A stretch of 63,010 bases of DNA, counting the filler, from Nemertoderma westbladi (Eukaryota > Animalia > Xenacoelomorpha): NCBI GenBank assembly GCA_032718475.1. It is 3 parts of 3 records of this genome, joined end to end, with 100 filler letters (N's around TTAATTAATTAA, not from the genome) between each part and the next. Parts side by side here need not be neighbours in the genome. Positions count along the whole stretch, not along the records: positions 1 to 29,305 come from JAUCBJ010001397.1; positions 29,406 to 39,888 come from JAUCBJ010004550.1; 1 more part is not named here. The stretch is one strand, 5' to 3'. Under the pieces are notes generated by a model, which had not been told where the DNA came from, did not search any database, and saw only the letters and a list, made by a program, of their open reading frames with translations. Shown one piece after another: positions 23,044 to 35,407 of this stretch. Position numbers and translations under genes: made by a program. Positions within the stretch are counted from its first letter, which is position 1; each line of letters starts with the position of its first letter.

Positions 23044-23606
23044 AACATAAAAATCCAATAGGATTACAAACACTACATTAGGTGGATCGGCGGTATTTGT
23101 TGCATTATTTTGTATTGTTATCATCAGGTTGGAACGCCTCGCACTGACATTTTATTGTTCATATAACCGTGAGTTCGGTTTTGAACTGATTGATTTAATT
23201 TCTTATAGTCAAATAAGAAGTTTTCTTCCCAGTGAAATGCTAATTCGCCCTGACTATTAGTGTTTTATACTTTTTTAGATTTTAGCTTAAAGGAGTGTTT
23301 TCGCTTGTCCTTTTTCCACATTCTTTTAAATGAATATTATTAATAATTGTACACTATTTTTATACCTAACACATATATTAATGTATTACAATTTAATTTC
23401 TGTAATAGTTGTGGAAAAGAGCGAAAAAAAGATAAGCGAAAACATTCCTTTAATGAACTTGACTTTCATCATTTTCATCCATTGAGACTATGAATAATAA
23501 AAGTTTTATAATAGTTTTAATTTAATTATCTAGCGTAATTTTAGAAACGAATTTCCCGAGGCAACCCCAATACCTGGCGAATCAAAAAATAGCTGCTGCA
23601 TCAACA

Positions 23607-24490
23607 AAAAAAGGAAAGCAATCGGCCGAAGCAGACCCTAAGGCTCCACTTTAGGTAGCTGCTAGCCCTAACCGGAGGTCGGGGGTAGGCGCTACTCCTA
23701 CCTACTAGCTGGAGGTTGCTGTGGGCGCTACTCCTATCAGCTACCCGAAGGTAGGGGTGGGCGCTACTCCTATCTGCTACCCGAGGGTAGGGGTGGGCGC
23801 TACTCCTACCTGTTAGCTGGCGGTTGCTGTGGGCGCTACTCCTATCAGCTACCCGAAGGTCGGGGTGGGCGCTACTCATATCAGCTACCCGAAGGTAGGG
23901 GTGGGCGATACTCCTATCTGCTACCCGAAGGTAGGGGTGGGCGATACTCCTATCTGCTACCCGAGGGTAGGGGTGGGCACTACTCCATCTGCTGCTACCC
24001 GAAGGTAGGTGTGGGCGCTACTCCTATCTGCTACCCGAGGGTAGGGGTGGGTGCTACTCCTATCTGCTACCCGAGGGTAGGGGTGGGCGCTACTCCTACC
24101 TGCTAGCTGGAGGTTGCTGTGGGCGCTACTCCTATCAGCTACCCGAAGGTAGGGGTGGGCGATACTCCTATCTGCTACCCGGAGGTAGGGGTGGGCGATA
24201 CTCCTATCTGCTACCCGAGGGTAGGGGTGGGCGCTACTCCTACCTGCTAGCTGGAGGTAGCTGTGGGCGCTACTCCTATCAGCTACCCGAAGGTAGGGCT
24301 GGGCGCTACTCCTATCTGCTAGCCGAAGGTAGGGGTGGGCGCTACTCTTTTACCAAGGTTTGATCCAGTGATTCGACTGGTCCTCAATCCTCATTTTAAC
24401 AGCTCCATGGATTGAAAAGCTGAGTGGACCTCGGCGCGGCTCAAACCTACAGCCAATAGATTGCAGGCCTGGAGTTCAACCAACTGAGCA
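23607..24490 (-). mobile_element. tRNA-derived SINE with an internally expanded minisatellite
   Basis: Minus strand: A-box-like GCTCAGTTGGT, B-box-like GGTTTGAGCC, then CCACTCAGCTTTTCAATCC...AAAATGAG resembling a conserved metazoan SINE core; ends in a T-run near 23607. Confidence 0.6.
23670..24347. repeat. 36-bp minisatellite, about 19 copies
   Basis: Unit GGGCGCTACTCCTATCTGCTACCCGAGGGTAGGGGT with variants. Confidence 0.95.
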
Positions 24491-25237
24491 TTTGTTTATC
24501 TGATAAATTTCGATGATTGATTCCTTAAGGGTGACGGCATTATGTAGCTAATAAATTGTGTAGCAACAATTATTACATATTGTGATGTTTGCATTCGTGT
24601 TTACCTTATTACCCAACCAAAGTTTAAGTTTCTGATTTGTACACACTTATGGATTTGGGTGACTTTGAGCAAAGATATTACAAAAGAATAACGCGTTAAC
24701 CTTTGTGGAACAACCGGTACATTCGAAACATAACATATTGTTCTCAACCACGGCCTCTAAGACAACAATATAACCCTTTTGACCTTCTGTTCACACTTCC
24801 GGTTCACACTTCCAATCGTTATTAAAATTACTATTCTCATCTTGATTACAGATGAGACTTACAAGTTATTACAGTATATGCTCACAATTCCACGAAATAA
24901 AACTTCTTACCTAAACGCATAGTATCCCGTATCTGTTTTGTGTTACATTAGTAGCAGTAGCGGTATGCCGCTGTTATATGCATCAAGGAATAATACCTGT
25001 AATGTAAAGCCGAGCGCCCCCCCCCCCCCCCCCCCCCGCAATGATTAATCGTGCAAGCCTGAAAGAACTCACTGGAAATAAAATCTTGTCCCAAATGGGG
25101 GGAAATATATATACGGGGTGTCCATTGAATACATAAATATAATACGTTTTACTCTCCATGAATTAATGAAATGCATTTAGAAATAAAGTTATAATTATAA
25201 GTAAATGTCACTGCCTTTATCCTTATACAGATTCCTT

Positions 25238-26538
25238 CTACTGTAAGTCGGATTTACTTCGGTTTCTAGGGAACCTGTATCCTTCCACGGCCTTCCCTCG
25301 CATTGAATCAACAACGTTTTTGTTGAATTCTTCCACGGTTTCACTGCCGTCAATTAGCGGACAGATGGAATCGGCTACGTTGTAGTTGTAGAAAAGGTAG
25401 AGTAAACCCATGACTAGGTCTTCTAAGGTATTTGTGTGCGGGTCCCAGTTGTCTAGGAGACTTAGACATATTTCCGGAGTGCTGGAGACACTGTCTATGT
25501 GTGGATGGTACAGCGGTGTTAAACATCTAACCATTGGTGGTTGGAAGACCAAGTCGCTATCATTGCCATACAGATTGACCTGAAATTTAGCGTTATGAAG
25601 TTTATGCATTTTTTAATAAAGAATGGATTGTTTTGCTTTTGGGTTTTTCATGAAAAACAGGAGTGATTAACTACAAAAGGATAATTAATAATACTCTGAA
25701 CCTGTGATAACCAAATTATTATAAATAAACACAAAATATAAAAGGATTGGCATGTTATGGAGTGGATAAAATTGTATCTTTAAGGCAAAATCAGATTTTC
25801 CATTGTTCATAGTTTAGCACTTCAAAGCTTTAACAGCCCCCGTTTTATTATTTCCCTCACAACGGACCGGACCGTAACGCTAAAGTGCTATTTCATGAAC
25901 AATCAAAGTGTTATTATAAATTATTACTATTTATAAGTTATTTTACTAATTGTTTTATAACATGTAATCATCTTGAATAACCCTACAAATTTTAATTAAA
26001 ATAATTGATATTAATTACTAAAATAGTATTATATTGACGTGTAGGCCTAAATTATAACATTTTATTTGTTGATGTCACTTTTTTGTCAAACTCATTATGT
26101 TTGACAAAATGAGATTCTGGAATATTTGAGATATTACTTGGAGATGTTTTTTCCTTTACACCACGAAAATTTAATATATAGTCAGTTAGGAATAATGCAA
26201 TAACTGTTATCTGACATATGTATATATTAACATATTATATAATGCATATGTATATTAACGTATTACATCTACAACTATAAATGAGTATACCGTAAAAAAG
26301 TTTAAAAAAAAAGAAAAAACTAACCTATATACTAAGGGTTATTAGAAAATAAACTTACCCGAAAAATAATTATCGCGTGTGCATAAATGCCGCTAGATGG
26401 TGTTATTTCTAGCATAAAGTAGCTGAGATTTTCGTGATATTCACCAACCCGGGCCTCCCCTGCAGAGAATCCCGAAATTGTGTCTAACAGACGGCGGAAC
26501 TGTCTGGAATACAAGCCGCCCCTGGTTGCCAATCCCAT
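25238..26538 (-). CDS. Ubiquitin/NEDD8-conjugating E2, divergent Ubc12/UBE2F-like, 173 aa; exons 26538-26359 and 25579-25238
   Basis: ITPSSGIY, PPMVRCLTPLYHPHID, catalytic EICLSLL, and Ubc12-like C-terminus FNKNVVDSMRG. Phase-0 intron GTAAGT...TTTCAG. Confidence 0.85.
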
Positions 26539-27031
26539 GTCCAACAATTAATTCTTTGTAGACTAAACAAAGTTGGTGCCCACGTATACTCATCGATTTG
26601 TGTCGCCATTGTCGCTTAAATAGCGAAACAAAACGTACCGGTACTGCAATAAATTCTCTATCGCTGCAACATGTTGATTTAAGGGAACATATTTGTTATC
26701 AGAAACAAATTCTAATTATTTAGGCCTATAATAGTTATTAGTCAGAGCACTTCTTCTCACATGACAATTACTTAAAAAAACAATTAAAATAGAAAATTGT
26801 ATTTTAATATTAGAATAAATTGAAGGCCAGAAATAAATTATTGTTAACTTGAGGATTATTGTTTATACTGTGCAGTATACAGTAGCAACGGGGAACGCCA
26901 TTGTGGTGGGTTTTGTGGACTGTTGTAGCATAGCGTTACAATTAATTATTAATATAAATTACACTTATAAATATTTAAGGCTTTTTGGACATCTCATTAT
27001 ACACCATAAAAAAATGACCACACTAACTTGC

Positions 27032-27252
27032 GCCCATGTGAAGAATACCAGGATTTCACTTTTCGGTCGACTTTTTATTGGAATTTTATAAATGAAGATT
27101 TTTTTTTATTTATTTTTCTTTATTAAGTGTTTTATAGCGCTTATTTCTGTCTCATAACCTGTACATATACTAATTCGTTTATTGTTTTGGTTAGATTCAG
27201 CCCTTCTGTAACCTGTGGTTTTGGTGAAAACCTGGTATTCTTCACATGGGCC
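27032..27252. mobile_element. Mutator-like MITE
   Basis: 21-bp TIR GCCCATGTGAAGAATACCAGG; 9-bp TSD CTAACTTGC on both sides. Confidence 0.85.
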
Positions 27253-27889
27253 CTAACTTGCTTAGTACAATATATTTAAGTTTTCCGAAAATAAAATAAA
27301 TAAGAAATATAATAAATAAATCACACGTTAGATATCGTGAAAATTTCCATCTTACGCTACACTATCTACCAATGGGCTTAAGTCAATGAATCATCTACTA
27401 GCCTACAGTACCTACACTACTTACAAGGTAAGTGGCCTACAGTAGAGTATTGCATAATGCTTTGAAATACCGTACCGGGTACCGGTATGACGCAATGCTT
27501 GTTTGTACAGCCAGTAAGAGGTGGAATCTTGCACTTAGTCCAAGTATGAATTCCACCACCACGCGACATGTCTTACCCTTACGTCATACACGCACCGGCC
27601 TCGGTAGGCTTATACATCTGATTGGTGATACCCAAGTTGTTGCAATTCTTAATTAAATTGCGTTTCACAATATTCCTAACCCTCGTTTATTGATTTGGTT
27701 CTTTTTATCCCGCCTCTGAAACCCGCTTCTTTACTGAACTGCATACAAGCAGGTAGGTGAAGCATTCACCCCCATGTCGTGGACTCCTATTTAATTTATT
27801 GTAACTTTCTTGTTGTGATTTATTGCTTTATGTTGACGTTGACTGCAATATGATAATCACTGCAGGTTTGACATTGTAATAATAATAGC

Positions 27890-28168
27890 AGCCCATGTGA
27901 AGTATACCAGACTTTCCGATGTTATATTTCACTTTGCAGTTTACCTCCGTTTGAAGAATACCAGGTGTTCATTTAAAAAAACACAGGTTACAGAAGGGCT
28001 GAATCTAACCAAAACAATAAACGCATTAGTATATGTACAGGTTATAAGACAGAAAAATAAGCGCTATAAAACACTTAATAAAGATAAATTTAAAGAAATA
28101 CAAATTCTTCCTGTATTATAAAATTCCAATAAATTTAACCGAGAAGCCTGGTATTCTTCTCATTGGCG
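27890..28168. mobile_element. Second, inverted copy of the 27032-27252 MITE family
   Basis: Same TIR with mismatches; internal sequence is the reverse complement of the first copy. Confidence 0.8.
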
Positions 28169-29305
28169 ATTATAGCGCCCCCACGCGGGTAAATGACAAT
28201 GTATTAATTAAGTAAAATATTAAATTTTATTAAAAAGGTTTGACATTATAATGTAATTAATTACGTAATTAATTGTGTCAACATTTGAACCATATCCATG
28301 TGTAATCCGTTTGACTTAAGTATTTTACGTAAATAATGTACTGACATAAAGGCTCAGTTTTCAATCACCGTTTTAGACTCAATAAGTTCATTCTTTGTAA
28401 TTAGTGTGTGTGGTTTGGATTAAATTATACAGTATTACTACTGTAGGTTTGTCCGCTTTGTTGGAAAATAAAGATTGTCGTTAGTTAGTTTACAATAACT
28501 TGTTTTTGACTACTAACTTCCCCAACACTCCATATACGCAATCTTATTCCAGGAAGGTATACCATCATACCACTAACAACTGATAACTAATAACCACTAA
28601 TAACTAATTACCACTAATAAATGATAACTCACTTCTCACTTTCTTAGTGTGTATTTCCAAGTTATAGCGCCTTATTACCCCTTGTTTTGTTTCTCGCCAA
28701 ACATAACGAAATGAAATCTATACAATAACAAAATTATAATAATATAACATTTTCATGAAAAACTTACATATTATTACAGTGAAAATACACAGTACAATAC
28801 ATTAATAGGTTTCCAAGTAAACAACATACTATTTAATAATGTATCCACAACTTAAGGTTATGAGATTAGCATTGATACACTATATAGGAAAGAGAATGGC
28901 GTCATACTTACAGATATGGGTAACTAAATATTAAACACCATAAAGAAATTAACCTTAATATACATATCCTGGTGTTGATGGTGACGTTGGTGTTTATTTA
29001 TTTGCATTTTTTTTATTGATGGCCATGGTGGCTGATACTAGTTCAGGATACGTTATTATGTATAGTTTGAGGGGCCAGACTCCAATTTATATTCATTATC
29101 TCCAACTCCAAGCTATAAAAGTTGGCACTTACATACAGCAAACAATATGTTCTGAAATGCTGTTCAATTTATAACTAGAATACTTTTAGAAAGCACATTA
29201 TCTCAAGTCATTTCTCGACGAAACTCAAACATTTTTACTACTAAATAATCCTTAAAAGACCAGCTTTCTAATAATATCTAATAATAAGATTAATAAAGTT
29301 TTAAA

Positions 29306-29405
29306 NNNNNNNNNNNNNNNNNNNNNNNNNNNNNNNNNNNNNNNNNNNNTTAATTAATTAANNNNNNNNNNNNNNNNNNNNNNNNNNNNNNNNNNNNNNN
29401 NNNNN
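29306..29405. other. Assembly gap with an artificial TTAATTAATTAA linker
   Basis: 100 positions of N with a central six-frame-stop linker. Confidence 0.97.
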
Positions 29406-29469
29406 TATAATGGGCTGATAATAGTACACAGCGCCATATATCGTAACATTTACATTATTGGTTTAAAAA

Positions 29470-29780
29470 TTACTTTATATATTTATCTACTTTGTTTGTT
29501 TATTTACTTTACTGATTATTTACTTTATTTGATTATTTACATTATTGGTTTAATTACTTTATATAATTAATTACTTTATATATTTATTTACTTTATTTGT
29601 TTATTTACTTTATTTGTTTATTTACTTTATTTGTTTATTTAGTATTTACATTATTTGTTTATTTACTTTATATGTTTATTTAGTATTTACATTATTTGTT
29701 TATTTACTTTATTTGTGTATTTACTTTATTTGTTTATTTACTTTATTTGTTTATTTACTTTATTTGTTTATTTACTTTAT
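29470..29780. repeat. Degenerate TTTA/TTTG/TTTAC microsatellite
   Basis: Repeated ttatttgtttatttactt. Confidence 0.9.
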
Positions 29781-31142
29781 CGGGGAATCTCATTAATCTC
29801 GATTGCTGCAAAGCTATACAATAGAATTATATTAAATCGCATCAGGGATCCCATTGAGAGACTGCTCCTTGGAAATCAGAATGGGTTCTGTAAAGGTCGT
29901 GGGACCATGGAGCCCATTTTGGCACTTTGAAGGATAATTGAAGAGTTATCAAAAAAGAAAGACAGGCATCTGGCTGTTATCTTTGTTGACTTCTTCAAGG
30001 CCTTTGATTCAGTATCTCGCTCACGTATGTTCAGCATACTTTCATTATATGGGATTTCTGATGAAATTATTGCAGCAATCAGATCAGTATACGATGGTTC
30101 GACAACATTTGTGTCTACTGTTGACGGTGACACAGAACCATTTGAAGTGTTATGGGGCGTCCTCCAAGGAGACACACTTGCACCATTCTTGTTCATTATT
30201 GTGGTTGACTATGTTCTACGCATGTCCTTAGATCATTATAATGATGATGGGGTGATGATAACTCCACCTACTGGCTCCAGAAGTCGAGGAAATCCTGCCA
30301 AGTACCTAACTGATCTAGACTTTGCTGATGACTTAGGAGTACTCTCAGAATCATTAGAGGGAGTCCAACGGCTCCTCAGCTCATTAGAACATGCTGCTTC
30401 TAGTGTTGGTCTTTTTATTAACTCCAGAAAGACCAAAGTTCTGACAGTTAACTTTGAAAGTCCTCAGCAAGTCTCTGATTGGATGAGCATAAGCTCAAAG
30501 GATGGTATGCTTGAGCATGTGGACGACTTCTGTTACCTGGGATCATGGATCCGGAAGTCAGGTGAGGACCTTCGAATACGTAAGGGAAAGGCATGGGCAG
30601 CCTTGAATAGGCTTTCCAGGATTTGGAAGTCACCGAGAATTAATCGGAAACTTAAGGTCCGATTATTTAGAGCAGCAGTAGTTCCAGTACTCCTCTATGG
30701 GAGTCCATGCTGGTCTCTAACTGCTGAGGACACCAAATCTCTGGATGGCACATTCACAAGAATGCTACGCCGGGTTCATTGTGTCAAGTACAATGCACAC
30801 ATCTCCAACCAGACACTATATAACATTGGATGTGTCTCAATGGTTCCCCCAAGCTTGACACTTGAACCTTCCGCTTTGCAGGACATTGCTTTCGCCGTGA
30901 GGACCAGCCAGTGCATAATCTTGTACTTTGGCAGCCTCATGGAGTGAATAAGCATGGTGGACAGCCCATGACTTTCTTGAGACGCATCTTAAAGGACACT
31001 GGCCTTGAAGATGCGGATGATCTAGCAAATGTCATGGGTGATAGGGAGTTGTGGCGGCGCAATTTTGTCGAAAAGCCGGCACAGCATTCTTAAAAATGCA
31101 GCTGCAATGCAGCATGCCAATACTAGTAGTAGTAGTAGTAGT
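29781..31142 (+). mobile_element. Degraded 5'-truncated RTE LINE, second family
   Basis: RGISLISIAAKLYNR, GVLQGDTLAP, DFADD, YLGS; internal stop and frameshift; (TAG)n tail at about 31124-31142. Confidence 0.92.
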
Positions 31143-31188
31143 ATACTTTTCTGCATTACCGGTATCGCGGTACCTTTACTTTATTTAG

Positions 31189-32767
31189 GTCGACGTCCGA
31201 ATGTTTAAAGATTTTATCGAACTCCGACAAGGAAATTCAATTGACCGACGAGGAAATTATAAATCTGGTAGAAGAAAAGAAGTTGGCGGCGTACAACCTC
31301 GAGAAATCCCTGTGTAACCCGAGCAGGGGCGTCGCCATTCGGCGCAGAGTTCTAGAACGTAAACTTGGGGTTGCCCTGGACGACGTACCGTACCAATCCT
31401 ACGACTTTACCGAAGTTTCCGGCGCCTGTTGCGAGAACGTTATCGGCTATATTCCCTTACCGGTGGGAGTGGCCGGGCCGCTGTTACTGGACGGCAAGGA
31501 GTACCACGTCCCTCTAGCGACCACGGAAGGAACCCTCGTCGCGAGCACCAACCGGGGCTGTCGGGCGGTCTTTCTCTCGGGCGGGGTGACCTCCTCGTTG
31601 CTGGGCGACGGTATGACCCGCGCTCCGCTCGTTAAACTCCCGTCGGCGCAGCGCGCTTCCGAACTGGTCCGCTGGGTGGCGTGCAACCCGTCCGAGATCC
31701 ACCGTAGGTTCAACCAGACCAGTCGGTTCGCCTGTCTGCAGGAGATTAAACCCTGCGTCGCCGGCCGATACGTGTTCCTCCGGTTTAAATCCTCGACTGG
31801 AGACGCAATGGGTATGAATATGGTATCGAAGGGAGTCGAATCCGCATTAAAGGTACCCAGTTATTCTTTACTTATAGAATCAATCGTCCAGCAATACAAC
31901 TGTATTACATTATAAAGCTAATTTATGTTGGACTTTTATTCCAAAATTGTAATATTACGTATATTGTAATATATTGTAGGTAATAAATAGAATTCATAAT
32001 TATTTATGGATATCTATGGGATATCCATAATAATTTAATAGATATCTATCTATTTATGGATATACGGATATCAAAATATTTTGAGTATAAGATTATTATT
32101 GTTTCGGCAGGTTTTGGAATCGGAGTTCCCCGATATGGTAACGATGTCGGTAAGCGGTAACTATTGTACCGACAAGAAACCCTCGGCGGTAAACTGGGTA
32201 GAAGGCCGGGGTAAGAGCGTCGTCTGCGAGGCTGTTATTAGCGGGGAAGTGCTGCGGAAGACGCTAAAGGTGTCAGCGGCGGAGTTAGTGGAGCTAAACA
32301 TAGGGAAGAACCTGATTGGTTCCAGTATGGCCGGCTCTATAGGGGGTAACAACGCCCACGCGAGTAACATAGTAACCGCGGTGTACCTAGCGACAGGGCA
32401 GGACCCCGCGCAGTGCGTGGAGGGGAGTCTGTGTCTGACGCTGATCGAGCGAACCGGCTCCTCCGGGGAGGATGTCTGGGTCAGCTGCACCATGCCGTGT
32501 CTGGAGGTGGGCACGGTGGGCGGGGGCACGGTGCTGAGACCCCAGCGGGAGTGTCTGCGGATGCTGGGGCTGTTGGACCCCGGGGTCCACTCCCGGCCGG
32601 GCTCCGGCTCCCAGACACTCGCTAAGGTTATATGCGGCACCGTGTTGGCCGGGGAACTCTCGCTAATGTCGGCCTTGGCAGCCGGCCATCTCATCCGGGC
32701 CCATATGACTCACAATAGGTCGTTAGTTAATATGGCGGCTTCAACTGGGACATTATTGGATAAATAA
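31189..32767 (+). CDS. HMGCR: Class I HMG-CoA reductase, catalytic-domain exons 31189-31852 and 32111-32767; 5' exons not visible
   Basis: [56 protein letters not shown]. Acceptor TTTAG ends at 31188; intron 31853-32110 is GT-AG and in frame. Confidence 0.95.
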
Positions 32768-32881
32768 ACTTTAGTATCTCAATGAAATTGGTGCAAAATA
32801 TAGACGACCTACTTGCCTCGTTCATAAATAACGCCAAGATTATATAAACGAAATATGACACCCCCCCCCCCCCCCCACAGT

Positions 32882-33340
32882 AGGGTTGGTGCACGAAAAA
32901 ATTGTTGGGTTAGAAACTATCAAATAAGGGGTAACAAGGTGGTCTGAATCGAGTGGCGGGGTGTGTTTTTATAAAAATACAAACAATGGCGGGTTTAAGT
33001 AAGAGCGGGAAGCCAATTTTGAAAATCGACTGTGATTGGCTGCTACATATTTGACGTCACTACGAAGTGTTCATCACCATGAATTTAATTAATTTCAGTT
33101 TCAAAGGACGCGCAAGACTCTTAGCGTGAAATGGTTGAGATTTAATGTGTATTTAAATCGATCGAAAATCTCTATCCAAAGAAACCAAGATAAAGAAATA
33201 ATCAGATCGCTGGGTAATGGCGTCAAATATTTAGCAGCCAATCACAGCCGATTTTCAAAATTGGCTTCCCGCGCTTAATTAAACCCGCTATTTCAACCGT
33301 TTCCATTTGTTTTTACAAAAATACTTGGCGCACCAACCCT
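32882..33340. mobile_element. Foldback-type MITE with long inverted arms
   Basis: Termini AGGGTTGGTGC / GCACCAACCCT; arms at about 32988-33060 and 33215-33290 are reverse complements. Confidence 0.8.
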
Positions 33341-33551
33341 TTTAATATACCGCGGCGTCTTTTATGAACGGCCATTTTCAGTATTATATAATTGTAGTTG
33401 CAATAATCATATATATTATTATATATTGATAAATTCAATTAAAACTATTTAAATTCACATAAATTTAGTTTTTATTTGTTGCTAAATCAATACATTGGAT
33501 TACAGACTCCAATAATGTATTATTAACAACTAAATTAAATATTAGCAGGTT

Positions 33552-34349
33552 TTAGAAACCTCTAGGTTTAATAATAGAATCAAATAGAATTGGGTTCAAC
33601 TTGCCTTCCTTCATGTTGGCGATGTAGTAAAACCAACTATTCCGCAATTTAATTTCCAATTTCGGCCCGTATAATATCTGGTAATCGTTTCTCTTTACAA
33701 CAATGCTGGTGTCCTTGATGGGAACAGTTTGCGTCGATTTACTGAAGGTATTAAACGTCGTCATCCGTAAGGTTGTCCCGCCCCGAGTGAGTACAATGCG
33801 TTCTACTGCGTGGGACGCCCGTTTCTGGGCCAACATAAGGAGAATCAAGGCGAAAGAAACTGAAACTAATGGAATATAAACCGAAAGATATCGCTCCATC
33901 TTATAGAGCCATCTATTTACAGCTGCGTGTTTATCATTGGGTGTCTCTAATTCCTCTAGGCAGTTCCCTAGGTAATAGGCGGCTATAAACAAATTTAATA
34001 AAGATAAAGTTACGAAGAAGAAAAATGTAAAAACATAACCGCGTCGGTTTGGGTTGTGGTAAATAACTGTGTCTCTAGACACCCGATAACCTACCGATTC
34101 CGTAGTGTACCGGCACCGCTGACTTCCTAAACGAGTTTCTCTTTGGCAGATACGATTACTGGTTCCGGGAATTCCGATTGTATAATTACCAGGAATTCTT
34201 ATGGAATATAAATTGTGTCCGCAGTATCGATCCAACCTCGATATAATCTTTAGAGCAACGCGGTAATTTTTAAACCGAATTAGTTTGTAACAGGTAGTAT
34301 GTAGATGTAGGTTAGAAATACAGATTGCACTGCTTCGTATGAACATCAT
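33552..34349 (-). CDS. TMEM223: TMEM223-like mitochondrial inner-membrane protein, copy 1, single exon
   Basis: Arg-rich presequence-like N-terminus, VSRDTVIY, two hydrophobic segments, VERIVLTRGG, TVPIKD, FYY, ILFDSII. Confidence 0.72.
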   Translation of the reverse strand: MMFIRSSAICISNLHLHTTCYKLIRFKNYRVALKIISRLDRYCGHNLYSIRIPGNYTIGIPGTSNRICQRETRLGSQRCRYTTESVGYRVSRDTVIYHNPNRRGYVFTFFFFVTLSLLNLFIAAYYLGNCLEELETPNDKHAAVNRWLYKMERYLSVYIPLVSVSFALILLMLAQKRASHAVERIVLTRGGTTLRMTTFNTFSKSTQTVPIKDTSIVVKRNDYQILYGPKLEIKLRNSWFYYIANMKEGKLNPILFDSIIKPRGF

Positions 34350-34358
34350 ACTTACAAA

Positions 34359-35081
34359 TAGGGCTCGATCGGAGTTGGGATTTGGCCGGAGCCGGAGTTT
34401 TTCAAAAATTTAATTATTTATTAAAAAATAAATAAAGTATGGTTATCGTTCGCCAATCGCTCATAATCAATCATACTGTAGGTCTAATTAATTTCATAAT
34501 TTATAGATTTACGAATTTTCAATTTAAAATTTAAGTAATTAATTTATCACAGACAGACGGCTTGACGCTGACGGCTAAAAATTACCTACAGTACCTAACT
34601 CACTAACTGTCTAATTGTCAGATTGTGGTAGAGGTGTGTACTGTAGGTAGCAGCAGCAGGGTAGCCTACCGTACGTGTACCAGTACTGCAGTACAGTATG
34701 CTGGCATGACAGCTGTAAATGGCTGCAGTGGTACAGTGTACAATCATAGCATTTACAATTTTTTACAGTAGGGCCTATCTGTAATAGTCTGCTAGTCAGC
34801 CAGCTGGCCAGTACCAGTACTCCAGCTGTCCAGTACTGCAGTACAGTCAACATTCAGTCAATCATTGACTTTAAGTAAATACTGCAGTATTATGCTTGAT
34901 ATTGAAGCTGTACTACAGTACTTACAAGTTACAGACTTATAGTGTAAATAATTGTTCAGATTAGAATATGCACGAAATATAATACTTTATTAAAAATTAC
35001 CTCCGGCAATATTTTTACCGGAGCCGGAGCAGGAGCCGGAGGTGCCAAAATGGCCGGAGCCGGAGCTCCGATCGAGCCCTA
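34359..35081. mobile_element. Non-autonomous hAT-like element
   Basis: Perfect 16-bp TIR TAGGGCTCGATCGGAG, subterminal CCGGAG repeats, imperfect TSD CTTACAAA / CTTTACAAA. Confidence 0.85.
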
Positions 35082-35407
35082 CTTTACAAACACAGTTCGA
35101 GTTATATTATATTCCTCAGTAAATGGTCCGCTGGTCACATTCTTTTACTCTATTAACATCATGACAGTTTAAATCCGCTTGCCTACTGTATATTACTGAA
35201 TTTTATGTATAATTTAATATATCCATTATCCATAAGAAATATTTACAATAATATATTAAGATTATAGGCTTGTACTAAGTTCTTAGTTTATTCTCCATTA
35301 GGAAGGGAAACAGAAGTACATGGGATGAAATTAAGTAATAAAATAATATATTATTCTTATCCGAAGTTTAGTGAAATTGCAACGATTTATTATTCAAATC
35401 CAAATGT

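Noticed and set aside
24400-24490. Functional tRNA gene
   Set aside because: Only degenerate A and B boxes, no full cloverleaf, and it continues into a SINE-like body.
29350-29361. TTAATTAATTAA palindrome (also at 39933-39944) as a biological site
   Set aside because: Identical and centred in both N-runs, so it is an artificial scaffold or concatenation linker.
31189-32767. Horizontal transfer of HMGCR suggested by high GC content
   Set aside because: The sequence is animal-type class I, has a spliceosomal intron and keeps the HNRS regulatory motif; other exons in the window are also GC-richer than the background.
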